In this document: in pieces, positions 10,530 to 19,248 of the stretch
How the letters are laid out: the number at the start of each line of letters is the position of its first letter
Position numbering within the stretch: position 1 is the stretch's first letter
Assembly (NCBI GenBank): GCA_031367385.1
Contig: JANLPS010000027.1
Span: forward strand, 31,650 to 95,649
From: Archangium sp.
GTDB taxonomy: Bacteria > Myxococcota > Myxococcia > Myxococcales > Myxococcaceae
DNA: 64,000 nucleotides
Reading direction: 5' to 3'
Program-made: the position numbers and the translations under genes
The notes under the pieces: generated by a model
What the model saw: the letters and a program-made list of their open reading frames with translations, nothing else
What the model was told of the DNA's origin: nothing
Databases searched by the model: none

Positions 10530-10924
10530 ACCTTTCTTGACGCTCAAGCACTTCAACAACGGCTGCCCCTGCCTGAAGCGGGGAGTCATCGGCGCCGTCG
10601 TGTCGCAGTGGCGCACGGCTTCTCGCTGCACGCCGACACGGCCGTGCACGCCAATGACTCGAGCGTCTTTGTCGATACGGTGCGCGCGGCCCGGTCTGCG
10701 AATCACGCCTGTTTCGACTCGACGATGGCCGCTACGAGTACACACCCAAGAAAGGAGTCACCTTCACCCTGACGGCCGAGGCCTTCGTGCGGCGGATGGT
10801 CGCTCTCCTGCCTCCGGCGCGGCGGCACCTGACGAGCTTTCCTGGCGTGTTGGCCCCCAACGCCTCGCTCAGGCCCCTCGCCACCCAGAAGCCCGAGGCT
10901 CAGGGCCGCTCCTGGGCCATCTGA
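10530..10924 (+). pseudogene. ISCR/IS91-family rolling-circle transposase remnant, C-terminal half, frameshifted
   Basis: AHGFSLHADTAVHAND in one frame, continuing in another as LERLCRYGARGPV...FVRRMVALLPPARRHLTSFPGVLAPN. Matches ISCR-type motifs GFSLHA, RLCRY and LTRFHGVFAPN. Confidence 0.88.
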
Positions 10925-10962
10925 ACAGGCGAGAGTTCAGTGGGTGCTCGATCTTGTCCATG

Positions 10963-10996
10963 TTGCAGATCCCCCTACAACGTCGTTACAATGTAG
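10963..10996 (+). promoter_or_regulatory. Sigma70-type promoter of brnTA with overlapping operator
   Basis: TTGCAG-N18-TACAAT, 6 nt before the GTG; CTACA...TGTAG inverted repeat spans the -10. Confidence 0.6.
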
Positions 10997-10998
10997 TG

Positions 10999-11295
10999 GT
11001 GAAGGCGCCTGAATTCGAATGGGATTCTGTCAAGAATCAGACGAACGTCCGCAAGCACCGAGTTTCGTTCGGAGAGGCTCAAACCGCTTTCTCCGACGAG
11101 CGCGGCTTGCTCATTCATGATCCTGACCACTCCGACGACGAAGACCGCTTCGTGCTGCTCGGCCTCAGCTCTACGAGAAGAGCGCTCGTCGTATGCCACT
11201 GTTACCGCCGTGACGGCGACGTGATCAGAATCATTTCAGCGCGCAAGGCCGACCGTCGTGAACGACTGATGTACAGCCAGAGGTGGACCCCATGA
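10999..11295 (+). CDS. brnT: BrnT-family type II toxin (ribonuclease)
   Basis: FEWDSVKNQTNVRKHRVSF...DHSDDEDRF...IRIISARKA. Confidence 0.92.
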   Translation: MKAPEFEWDSVKNQTNVRKHRVSFGEAQTAFSDERGLLIHDPDHSDDEDRFVLLGLSSTRRALVVCHCYRRDGDVIRIISARKADRRERLMYSQRWTP

Positions 11296-11522
11296 GACAA
11301 CACTACGACTTCACGAGCGCTCAAAAGAACCCCTACGCCAAGCGCCTCAAGAAACAGGTCACGATCAGAATCGAAGAGACGACGCTGGCGTATTTCAAAC
11401 GGCTGGCCGGCGAACTCGCAATTCCCTACCAGACACTCATCAACATGTACCTGAAGGATTGCGCCACGCAGCACAAGCAGTTGCGCCTCGAATGGCGACC
11501 GGCCCATAGCTCCGAGAAATGA
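11292..11522 (+). CDS. brnA: BrnA-family antitoxin
   Basis: MRQHYDF...KNPYAKRLKKQVTIRI...YFK...IPYQTLINMYL; ATGA overlap with brnT. Confidence 0.9.
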   Translation: MRQHYDFTSAQKNPYAKRLKKQVTIRIEETTLAYFKRLAGELAIPYQTLINMYLKDCATQHKQLRLEWRPAHSSEK

Positions 11523-11620
11523 CGTACTGGGCTACGTTCGCAGCGAGCAACGAGAAGCCGCCAAAGCTTCGAAAGATGAGCCAGCCAAGCAGCACATAGA
11601 ACGGGACGTTGACCCAGCCC

Positions 11621-11750
11621 CGCCGTTGCGCAGCAGTGGCGGCGCTTCGCGCGGTGAGCATTTTTCAGGCTCGCCAAGCTGAGTTGTCCCAACGATGCGA
11701 CAGATTTTGAACCTGAATGTTCCAAAACCGTCCCAACGTTGGGACGGTCG
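11621..11750 (+). repeat. About 130-bp imperfect direct repeat, copy 2
   Basis: Aligns with 10372-10503; perfect 20-bp palindrome CCGTCCCAACGTTGGGACGG at 11728-11747. Confidence 0.9.
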
Positions 11751-11811
11751 GCTCACTGATTCGCCGGCACTTTTCAGGCCGGAGCTCGAAGTGCAGTAGG
11801 GTTGCGCGCGC

Positions 11812-14412
11812 ATGACCGGAGATGACGCGCACATCGACGCAGATACTGCCTCAGCCTACGCGGGGCACGCGCTCACCGATGATCAACGCGCCCAAGTCGA
11901 GGAGCACATCGACGCCTGCGCCGCCTGCCGCGAGCTCGTCTCGACGCTGGCCAAGGTCGCGTGGTCACAGACGCCGATCTCGGGCTCGAAGGTCGTTGCG
12001 GTCGACCCCGCGGCGATCTTGCCGCCAGGCACCCGCGTCGGCCCGTTCGAGATCGAGCGCCCGCTCGACGCGGGAGGCATGGGGTTGGTGTACTCCGCGA
12101 CCGATGCGCGGCTCGACCGACGGGTGGCGCTCAAGTGCGTTCGAGAGGCACGCGGTGACTCCGAGCAGCTGATGCGCGAAGCCCGGGTGATGGCCCAGCT
12201 CGCGCACCCCAACGTGGTGCCGGTCTACGATGTCGTCGAGGCCTTCGGGCAGGTGTTCATCGCGATGGAGCTCGTCGTCGGGCGCAGCCTGCGGCAGTGG
12301 CTGGGCGAGCAACCCCGCGGGTGGGCCTCGGTCGTCGACGCGTTTCTCGAAGCCGGAGCGGGCCTCGCCGCCGCGCACGCCGCTGGCATCGTTCACGGCG
12401 ACGTGAAGCCGGCCAACATTCTGGTCGGCGACGATGGGCGAATTCGAGTCACCGACTTCGGTCTGGCAACCTCGGCGGGCGAGGCGGCCTCCGAACAGCA
12501 GGGTTTGCGCGGTACACCCGCCTACGTCGCTCCCGAACAGCGGCGCGGTCAGCCATGCGATGCCCGCAGCGACGAGTACTCGTTTTGCGTCAGCTTGCAC
12601 GAGGCGTTGTACGGCACGCTGCCGGGCAAGCAGCCGTCGAGCGGGGTGCGGGTACCCCGCGGCGTGCAACGGGTGCTCGCGCGCGGCTTGATGGAGGACC
12701 CTGCCGCTCGCTTCGGTTCGATGAAGCGCTTGCTGGTGGCGCTGAGGGCCGCGCGCTCGAGCCGGCGGTGGTTCGTCGCGGCGGTGGTGCTGCTCGCGGC
12801 AGCGGTGGTGATGGCCTACGACGTCGGAGGCCGCCGCGCCGAGCTCGATCAGTGCGCTGCCGTCGCCAACGAGCTCTCGAGCGTGTGGAACGCGCAGGCC
12901 CGGCAAACCGTGCGGGCCTCGTTCGAACGCACCAGGCTCTCGTACGCGGCGCAGACCTTGGCCGGCGTCGAGGCGAACCTCGATGCGTGGACCACCGCGT
13001 TCGATGCGCTGCGACGACGCGCTTGCGAGACCGATTGGCTGCGGCGCGAGACTCCGCTCGAGCGGTTGGGCGCCCAGATGCGGTGCCTGACTCAGGCCAA
13101 TCGCGAGGCCCGCGCGCTGGTGACGCAGCTCAGTGATGCCGACGAGACCGTCGTGCTGCACTCGGTCGCCGCCAGTGAGCAATTGCCGTCGCTCGAGCGG
13201 TGCGCGCAGGGGCCGGTGGTCGCTGTGGTGAAAGGTGCCGATGAGAAGGCGAGCAACGAGCTGCGTGATGCGCTGGCGCATGCCTCGGCGCTGTTCGATT
13301 CGGGGCGGTACGACGCGGCGCTCAAGGAGGTCACGGCGTTGATGCCGAGAATGCCGGGGCCCGCTGACCCCGAGCTGACCGCTCAGGTGCAGACGCTGCT
13401 CGGGCGCGCGCAGGCCCGGGCGTCTGACTACGAGCACTCGAGCCCCCAGCTGCTCGAGGCGATTCAACTGGCCGAGAGCGCGCAGGCCGATCGCGTCGCC
13501 GCTTCGGCGTGGGCTGCGTTGATTCAAAGCGAGTTCTGGCAGGGGCACTCGGCGCAGGTCGTGTTCTTGCGAAACCCGGCCCTCGGGGCCTGTGAGCGGG
13601 CGTCTGATGTGTGGCAACAGACCGAGGTGCTGTTGATGGTGGGAGGCGCGCTGCTGCAGTTGGGGCGCTTGCAGGAGGCGCAGCCGCTCTTCGAGCAGGC
13701 CGTGACGCTGCGGCAGTCGTTGTACGGCCCCAAAGACCGCCGAGTCGCATATGCCTTGTCGAGCTTGGGCAACGCGCTCTCGATGCAGGGGAATTTGGAT
13801 GGCGGGATCGATGCGCACGCCCGCGCGGTGGTGGCCGCCGAGGCATCGCTGGGCCGGCCGCACCCCAACGTGGCGGTGCTCCACCAGAACCTTGGCGATG
13901 ACTATTTGTATGGGCTGCGAATACCCGAGGCGGTCACCGAGCTGCAGAGCGCGCTGGCGGTGCTCGACGCGGCCGGTGAGCCGAAGCGGCGCGAGGTGGC
14001 GATGGTCGCGACCGACCTTGGTCTCGCGCTGCTCGAGGCCGGAGAAGCAGAGAAGGCCCTCACCGCCTTCGAGCGGGCCAACGCCTTGTGGGATGCGCTT
14101 TCGCCCGAGCACCCGTCTCATGGCGAGGCCCTGATGGGGGAGTATCAGGCGCTGGTGCGGCTAGGGCGGGCGGCCAAGGTGACCGAGCTGGAGCGCGCGC
14201 TCGTCTTCGGAAAAGGGCTGCCGCCGTTCGAACGCGGGCGAATCGAGCTGGCCTTGGGGCAGGCCCTCGGCGCGGCGACGACGCCGTCTGCGCGGGCGAT
14301 GGCGTTGGTGAGGCAGGCGATCGAGGGGTTCGCGGGGTCTGCGTTGCCGTTGGTGCAACGTGACGCAGAGCTCGCGCGGCAGTGGGTGGTGATGCACGAG
14401 GCCAAGCGATGA
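11812..14412 (+). CDS. Membrane Ser/Thr protein kinase with N-terminal zf-HC2 (anti-sigma-like) motif and C-terminal TPRs
   Basis: HIDACAAC; GGMGLVY, VALK, HGDVKPAN, DFG, GTPAYVAPE; TM helix followed by TPR repeats. Confidence 0.92.
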   Translation: MTGDDAHIDADTASAYAGHALTDDQRAQVEEHIDACAACRELVSTLAKVAWSQTPISGSKVVAVDPAAILPPGTRVGPFEIERPLDAGGMGLVYSATDARLDRRVALKCVREARGDSEQLMREARVMAQLAHPNVVPVYDVVEAFGQVFIAMELVVGRSLRQWLGEQPRGWASVVDAFLEAGAGLAAAHAAGIVHGDVKPANILVGDDGRIRVTDFGLATSAGEAASEQQGLRGTPAYVAPEQRRGQPCDARSDEYSFCVSLHEALYGTLPGKQPSSGVRVPRGVQRVLARGLMEDPAARFGSMKRLLVALRAARSSRRWFVAAVVLLAAAVVMAYDVGGRRAELDQCAAVANELSSVWNAQARQTVRASFERTRLSYAAQTLAGVEANLDAWTTAFDALRRRACETDWLRRETPLERLGAQMRCLTQANREARALVTQLSDADETVVLHSVAASEQLPSLERCAQGPVVAVVKGADEKASNELRDALAHASALFDSGRYDAALKEVTALMPRMPGPADPELTAQVQTLLGRAQARASDYEHSSPQLLEAIQLAESAQADRVAASAWAALIQSEFWQGHSAQVVFLRNPALGACERASDVWQQTEVLLMVGGALLQLGRLQEAQPLFEQAVTLRQSLYGPKDRRVAYALSSLGNALSMQGNLDGGIDAHARAVVAAEASLGRPHPNVAVLHQNLGDDYLYGLRIPEAVTELQSALAVLDAAGEPKRREVAMVATDLGLALLEAGEAEKALTAFERANALWDALSPEHPSHGEALMGEYQALVRLGRAAKVTELERALVFGKGLPPFERGRIELALGQALGAATTPSARAMALVRQAIEGFAGSALPLVQRDAELARQWVVMHEAKR

Positions 14413-14704
14413 GCACACAGTGGGTGGGGCAGGGGTCAATTGCGCTCGTCCTGAGGGACTCGAAGGACCCTGCCGCACCAAGCATTCTGACGAACCAGCT
14501 TCGAGGCTCGGGGTTGCGGAGGGCTCGCCTGGGCGAGGCAAAGCGAATGAGTCAGTGGACCGGAGTGCTTCGCTCAGGGTTGGCTCGGCTCAGGGTGGTG
14601 CTTCGAGTGTCTGAGGACGAGCGGAGGGTCGTGTTGGTGGGGAGGCTCGGTGCGGCAGGGCCCTTCGAGTTCCTCAGGACGAGCGGAGGCGGCGCGCGAT
14701 GAGC
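14406..14704. repeat. REP/MITE-like insert with 37-bp inverted repeats and a 9-bp flanking direct repeat
   Basis: 14443-14479 is the reverse complement of 14649-14685 (2 mismatches); GCGATGAGC at 14406 and 14696; an internal CTTCGAG...GGACGAGCGGAGG copy at about 14601. Confidence 0.75.
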
Positions 14705-15469
14705 GCCATCAGCGATGAAGCACTGACCGAGGCTCTCGCCGCGCTGGCCAAGCACAACGTCACGCTGAGCCTGACCGAGGTTCGCCGAGCCTTGCGCGGT
14801 CACGCGGCCACCACCCACGTCACCGACGTCGTGCTCGCCTGGGCCTGTCTGCAGCGCAACGAGCCCGCCATCGGCTACTTCGAGCGCGCCTACTTCGCTC
14901 AAGCCACCCGAGCGCTCAAACGCATGCGCATCAGCGCGACCCTCACTGACGACGTGCTGGGTTGGCTTCGCTTCGAGCTCTTCGCCCGCGAAGACGGAGC
15001 CCTCATCGGCACCTACTCGGGCCGCGGAGACTTGGGCTCATGGGTACGCTCAATCGCCGTTCACGAGGCCCTCAAGCGCGCCAAGCGAGAGCGCCGCGAC
15101 GTCACGCCCGATGCCGCCGCTGATCTGCCGATGCCCGAGCCCGAGCTGGTCGCCATGCGCGGTGCCTTCGGCCCTCAATTCACCGCCGCCCTCGCCGAGA
15201 GCTTCGCCGCGCTCTCGACCCAACAACGCAACTTGCTGCGCCAGTCGTTTCTCGACGGCCTCAGCATCGACGTTCTCGCGGGCCTCTACAAAGTGCACCG
15301 TGCGACCGCTGCTCGCCGGGTGGCCGCCGCGCGAGCTGAGCTGGTGCAACAAGTACGGGTACGCCTCGCCCGCGAGCTGGCGCTCAGCGAAACCGGCGTC
15401 GATCAGGTCATCACTCTGAGCAACCTGAACGAGAGCCTCGGGCAGATGTTGCGCAAAACCCGAGGCTAG
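14699..15469 (+). CDS. ECF-type RNA polymerase sigma-70 factor, Myxococcales family (TIGR03001-like)
   Basis: DVVLAWAC, YSGRGDLGSWVR, LDGLSID, YKVHRATAARR; typical partner of a zf-HC2 Ser/Thr kinase. Confidence 0.85.
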   Translation: MSAISDEALTEALAALAKHNVTLSLTEVRRALRGHAATTHVTDVVLAWACLQRNEPAIGYFERAYFAQATRALKRMRISATLTDDVLGWLRFELFAREDGALIGTYSGRGDLGSWVRSIAVHEALKRAKRERRDVTPDAAADLPMPEPELVAMRGAFGPQFTAALAESFAALSTQQRNLLRQSFLDGLSIDVLAGLYKVHRATAARRVAAARAELVQQVRVRLARELALSETGVDQVITLSNLNESLGQMLRKTRG

Positions 15470-15478
15470 AAACAACGA

Positions 15479-15512
15479 CGGGCCGACTCGCACGTGATGG
15501 CGAATCGGCCCG
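15479..15512. terminator. GC-rich hairpin between convergent genes
   Basis: CGGGCCGACTCGC / GCGAATCGGCCCG stem with one mismatch. Confidence 0.5.
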
Positions 15513-15534
15513 GCGTCACTTCTGTTGGAAGAGG

Positions 15535-15906
15535 TTACTGAAAGAACGCCGGAGGAAACTTCGACGCGTCTCTCGTATCGGGAGCGAACGTCTTGTCTTC
15601 GGTCGTCGTCGGGTTGGGGTCGGCCGAGTGATTCAAGATGAGGTCTTTCGCGAAGTCGGCAATTTCACCGGGCCCCGCGTCGACCGTGCCAGCGTCGGCC
15701 GTCATCATGCCGGCGTCGGTCACCATCATACCGGCGTCGGCAGTCATCGTGCCGGCGTCGGTCTTCGGGGTGCCGGCATCTGGCTTCACCCCAGTGCCGG
15801 CGTCTTTGGTGGTCATCCCACCATCGGTCATTTCGACCGGTTCAGGGCACCCGATGAGTCCCAAGCTGGCGACCATCGCGATGCATGCGAGTCGGAGCGG
15901 ACGCAT
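15535..15906 (-). CDS. Small lipoprotein with tandem DAG repeats, downstream partner of DUF4331
   Basis: Lipobox LIGC; seven DAG plus one DGG; short tail DFAKDLILNHSAD...P...ED. Confidence 0.8.
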   Translation of the reverse strand: MRPLRLACIAMVASLGLIGCPEPVEMTDGGMTTKDAGTGVKPDAGTPKTDAGTMTADAGMMVTDAGMMTADAGTVDAGPGEIADFAKDLILNHSADPNPTTTEDKTFAPDTRDASKFPPAFFQ

Positions 15907-15908
15907 GA

Positions 15909-17477
15909 CTAGAACCCGCCTTGGCCATTGGCTCCAGGGAGCGGCGTCGTCAGGTAGGGGAAGGTGCCATCGAACTGGCTTGCGTCTTGGAGCACGGCGT
16001 CAGTGAACTGCAGCTGACCAGACGGAGCCTTCGACACGTCGGTGATGAGGTACCCCATCGCGACGCGCAGTTCGATGTCGGTGACGTCATCGCCAGGGCG
16101 ACGACCGTTGGGGAAGCCGGCCACGTCGCAACCGGTATTCGTGGGTGTGAGCACGCCGAGCACGAAGCACGCCGCGGCGCCGAGGTTGTTTTGCGAGGCC
16201 TTTGCCGTCGGAGGCAACCCGGTGTTCAACCGGATGTACTCAGCAGGCGTCCCACCGGGGATCGCGTTCACGCCGGTGACTCCGGTGAGAAACGCGGCGA
16301 CCAGGTCGGCGCGAGGCAACGCGGTAGGCGCCACCGTGCCGAAGAGGATCTCGAGCAACTTGGGCAGCGCCGGGTACTGCACGTACGGCAAGAACTGCGT
16401 GTCAGAGCTCGGTGCGCTGCTGTTCCACTTGTCTTTGTCGTTGATGCCGATCACGATCTCGTTCACCAGGGGCATGCCCAAGCGAGAGACCTGGGTCCAC
16501 GCGCCGCCTTCACGCGAGGGCCGCGCAAAGGTACCGGCCGGGTTGATGACCCGGGCCTGCTTCACGCTCGCGGTGCTCCACACGCCGATGACCGTCTGGG
16601 TCGAGGTCGGGGTCGTGAGCAAGCACTTGCTGGGAATCTCGAGCGCCAAGGTGCTGATACTCTTCTTTGCCAGCGGGTTGGCGATGACCTGGCGGTTGTT
16701 CACGCCGTTGGTCATGCCTTCACCGTGCGCAACAATCGCGGCCGGAGCGTCGACGAGGTCGAAGATCGGCCCGATGTTCACCGCGAACGGCTCAGCGCGC
16801 TGACCGACGAACAGCTTGCCCGTGGTGTCGCAGTTCGGGATGTCGATGTCATAGACAAAGTTCGCAGCATACGCGGCGTAGTCGGGGAAGGTCTTCATGC
16901 CGACGTTGTCCATCGGCTTCTTGAAGACGACGGCCTTGGTCGCCGTGTTCTTGATCGGCAACGCCGTGCCGGTGCGACGGTCGCCAGCAATCACATTGAC
17001 CGTGTAGGTCTCTGAGACGTTCTGGGCTGCCATATCGGCAAAGGTCACCGGCCCGATGTTCGAGAGCGGCACACCGGTCATATTCGCGCCAACCGGCACT
17101 TTCAGGTCAGCGAGGGTGGTGGTGAACTTGAACTGAAAGGTAAGGTGCTCTTTGGCGTCGCCGACGTTGTCGACGTGAATCTCGTAGATGGCCTCGTCAT
17201 CCATCGGGAAGTAATTCGGGCCGCCGAACGGGTCTTGAAAGGGCTGAAAGTCGGAAATGAGCGTCGTGTACGCCTTTTTCACGTCGTAGTTCGAGCCCGT
17301 GCCTGCCGCGGTGATGCGCGCGGGGTCGTAGCTCTGAAACGCATAGACGTCGGTGTTGTCGACCTTGGGGTTCTTGGTGATGAACGGCGCTTCACGATGG
17401 CTCGAGGCCAACGCCGTTCCTCCTGTTGCAAGAGCACAGGCGAGGCCCATGGCTCCGAGACGCTTCGTCATTTTCAT
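15909..17477 (-). CDS. DUF4331-family exported protein
   Basis: ASSHREAP, DNTDVYAF, QVSRLGMPLVNE, GFPNGRRPGDDVTDI, FPYLTTP; GGAG RBS. Confidence 0.93.
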   Translation of the reverse strand: MKMTKRLGAMGLACALATGGTALASSHREAPFITKNPKVDNTDVYAFQSYDPARITAAGTGSNYDVKKAYTTLISDFQPFQDPFGGPNYFPMDDEAIYEIHVDNVGDAKEHLTFQFKFTTTLADLKVPVGANMTGVPLSNIGPVTFADMAAQNVSETYTVNVIAGDRRTGTALPIKNTATKAVVFKKPMDNVGMKTFPDYAAYAANFVYDIDIPNCDTTGKLFVGQRAEPFAVNIGPIFDLVDAPAAIVAHGEGMTNGVNNRQVIANPLAKKSISTLALEIPSKCLLTTPTSTQTVIGVWSTASVKQARVINPAGTFARPSREGGAWTQVSRLGMPLVNEIVIGINDKDKWNSSAPSSDTQFLPYVQYPALPKLLEILFGTVAPTALPRADLVAAFLTGVTGVNAIPGGTPAEYIRLNTGLPPTAKASQNNLGAAACFVLGVLTPTNTGCDVAGFPNGRRPGDDVTDIELRVAMGYLITDVSKAPSGQLQFTDAVLQDASQFDGTFPYLTTPLPGANGQGGF

Positions 17478-17557
17478 TGAATTTCTCCGTTTGAACTGGA
17501 ATTTGCCCTGCTATGCAATCGCGCGGCCCTACTTGGGTTCGCACGCCGACAACCGTT

Positions 17558-17584
17558 GTACGGCGGTGTCATCGTGGAGGTTTG
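17558..17584 (-). promoter_or_regulatory. Candidate ECF promoter CAAACC-N15-CCGTAC for the DUF4331 operon
   Basis: Same pattern and spacing as the motifs at 20459-20485 and 24823-24849. Confidence 0.5.
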
Positions 17585-17591
17585 GTTTCGC

Positions 17592-18101
17592 ATGCGAAAA
17601 ATTGTCTTCCAGAATGGATCTTGGGCCGTGGCCTTTCTGCTGGCTGCAGTGGGCTGCAAACAGGAGCGCCCCACCGCGGTGGCACCTCCACCGGTAGTGG
17701 CCCCGGCAGCCCCAGGGGCCAAGGGTGGTACGTTGGGCGAGCGCCTCGAGCGAGAGGGCAGCCATCGACCGGCCGCGGCCTTTCGGGCCGAAGACGTCTT
17801 CGGCGTGCTGGCAAAGGGTGGGCTCGAGATCACCGAGCGCATGCAGATACTCGGCACAACGGTGGGAGCGGCCTACTGCCAGAATGCGCACACCGCGAGT
17901 GACGTGGTCGTGACGGTCTGCGAATTCGAAGACGAGGCTTCGGCCGAAAAGGGCAAGGCGGCGGCGCTCTCATCGATGGAGATCCCCAACCGGCAGGTGG
18001 TGCAACACCACGCTACGACCCTGCAGGTCATCGAATCGCCCAAGACCGAAAAGAGCGCCAAGTCAGCGGCGGCGGTGCTGTCGGCGTTCAGCGCGATGTA
18101 G
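17592..18101 (+). CDS. Hypothetical lipoprotein
   Basis: Lipobox AVGC; Pro/Ala linker; CEFEDEASA motif. Confidence 0.75.
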   Translation: MRKIVFQNGSWAVAFLLAAVGCKQERPTAVAPPPVVAPAAPGAKGGTLGERLEREGSHRPAAAFRAEDVFGVLAKGGLEITERMQILGTTVGAAYCQNAHTASDVVVTVCEFEDEASAEKGKAAALSSMEIPNRQVVQHHATTLQVIESPKTEKSAKSAAAVLSAFSAM

Positions 18102-18108
18102 CGGGGCC

Positions 18109-19248
18109 TCAAACCGGCAAGATGCGCAGGTTCATCGCCCGCTCGGTGAGCCAGATGATGGCCAGCAGCAGGGTCGCGACCGAGCCGCCGATGAAGATGA
18201 CCCGGCGGTAAGCGGTGGTCTCGCGCAGCAGGTACGCGAGCGGCACGAACACGACCACCGTGGCCAGCTGCCCGAGCTCGACGCCCAGGTTGAAACCGAA
18301 CAGCGTCACCAGCCGGTTGGCCGTGGGCAGGGCCAGGTCGCGCAGCGTCGAAGAGAACGCGAACCCGTGCAAAATGCCGAGGCAGAACGCGGCCGACCAG
18401 CGCTGGTTTCGCAGCACGGGGTAGAGGTTGTTCAACGCGGCGATCACGATTGACGCGGCGATGGCTGACTCGACGAAGCGCGAGGGCAGGGCGACCAGGC
18501 CGAAGGCCGACAGGCTCAGCGAGAGCGAGTGCGCCAGAGTGAAGGCCGTGACGATTTTGAAGACGTCTTTGAGCGACGGCGCCAGGCCCGGCTGCCCCAC
18601 CCACTTCGAGCCTTCGCGGCGCAGCACCGAGGGGAGCAGCAGGGCGAAGAGAAAGAGCAGGTGATCGAGGCCGCTCCAGATGTGCTCGACGCCGGTGGCG
18701 ACGGTGCGTGAGAAATGGCCCCACGGGCTGGCGGCGGCGAGGTCGAGGGTGGCGTCGCGGTTCGCCTCTGAAAAGATGAAGGTCTGGGCCTGCCCATCGC
18801 GCTCCGCGTGCAAGATGCCGCGGTGGAGCGGGTCGATGGCAAAGAAGAGCCCGTAGTGCACTGAGAGCCGTTCAACCGGCCCGCTGCAGTGCCACGGGCT
18901 GTTGGCGACCAGGTAATTGCCATCGGAGTGCCGGGTGATGAGCCAGCTCCATTCGCCCGGCGTGCAGCCGGAGAGTTGGAGCGCAGAACTGAGCATCGGC
19001 GCGAGGGTGGGCTCGGCGTGTTGCACCTCGGCCCAGGTGATGAGCCCGTCGCCGTTGCCATCGAGGTGAATGGCGTGGTCCAAGTCGCGCAGCGCGATGT
19101 CCCAGCGGAGGTCGAGCTGCTGCGGGTGCACCAGCACGGTGAGGTAGCTGTCGCTTGGCTTGTGGGCGAAGGCGGTGGCCGATGCGAGCACCGTGAGGAG
19201 CGTCAGGGCGCGAGCACCGGCCGAGGCGAAGTGCGAGAGGCGTTTCAT
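18109..19248 (-). CDS. HupE/UreJ-family membrane protein with periplasmic N-terminal domain
   Basis: Signal AFA-HKPSDSY; GVEHIWSGLDHLLFL, TAFTLAHSLSL, VESAIAASI, GILHGFAF, GFNLGVELGQ. Confidence 0.9.
   Translation of the reverse strand: MKRLSHFASAGARALTLLTVLASATAFAHKPSDSYLTVLVHPQQLDLRWDIALRDLDHAIHLDGNGDGLITWAEVQHAEPTLAPMLSSALQLSGCTPGEWSWLITRHSDGNYLVANSPWHCSGPVERLSVHYGLFFAIDPLHRGILHAERDGQAQTFIFSEANRDATLDLAAASPWGHFSRTVATGVEHIWSGLDHLLFLFALLLPSVLRREGSKWVGQPGLAPSLKDVFKIVTAFTLAHSLSLSLSAFGLVALPSRFVESAIAASIVIAALNNLYPVLRNQRWSAAFCLGILHGFAFSSTLRDLALPTANRLVTLFGFNLGVELGQLATVVVFVPLAYLLRETTAYRRVIFIGGSVATLLLAIIWLTERAMNLRILPV

Noticed and set aside
10492..11295. Apparent 267-aa extended BrnT
   Set aside because: The extension is an off-frame reading of the transposase remnant; a promoter-like sequence lies directly before the GTG at 10999.
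11523..11620. Minus-strand hydrophobic frame (WVNVPFYVLLGWLIFRSF)
   Set aside because: Possibly a membrane-gene fragment inside the insert, but too short to call.
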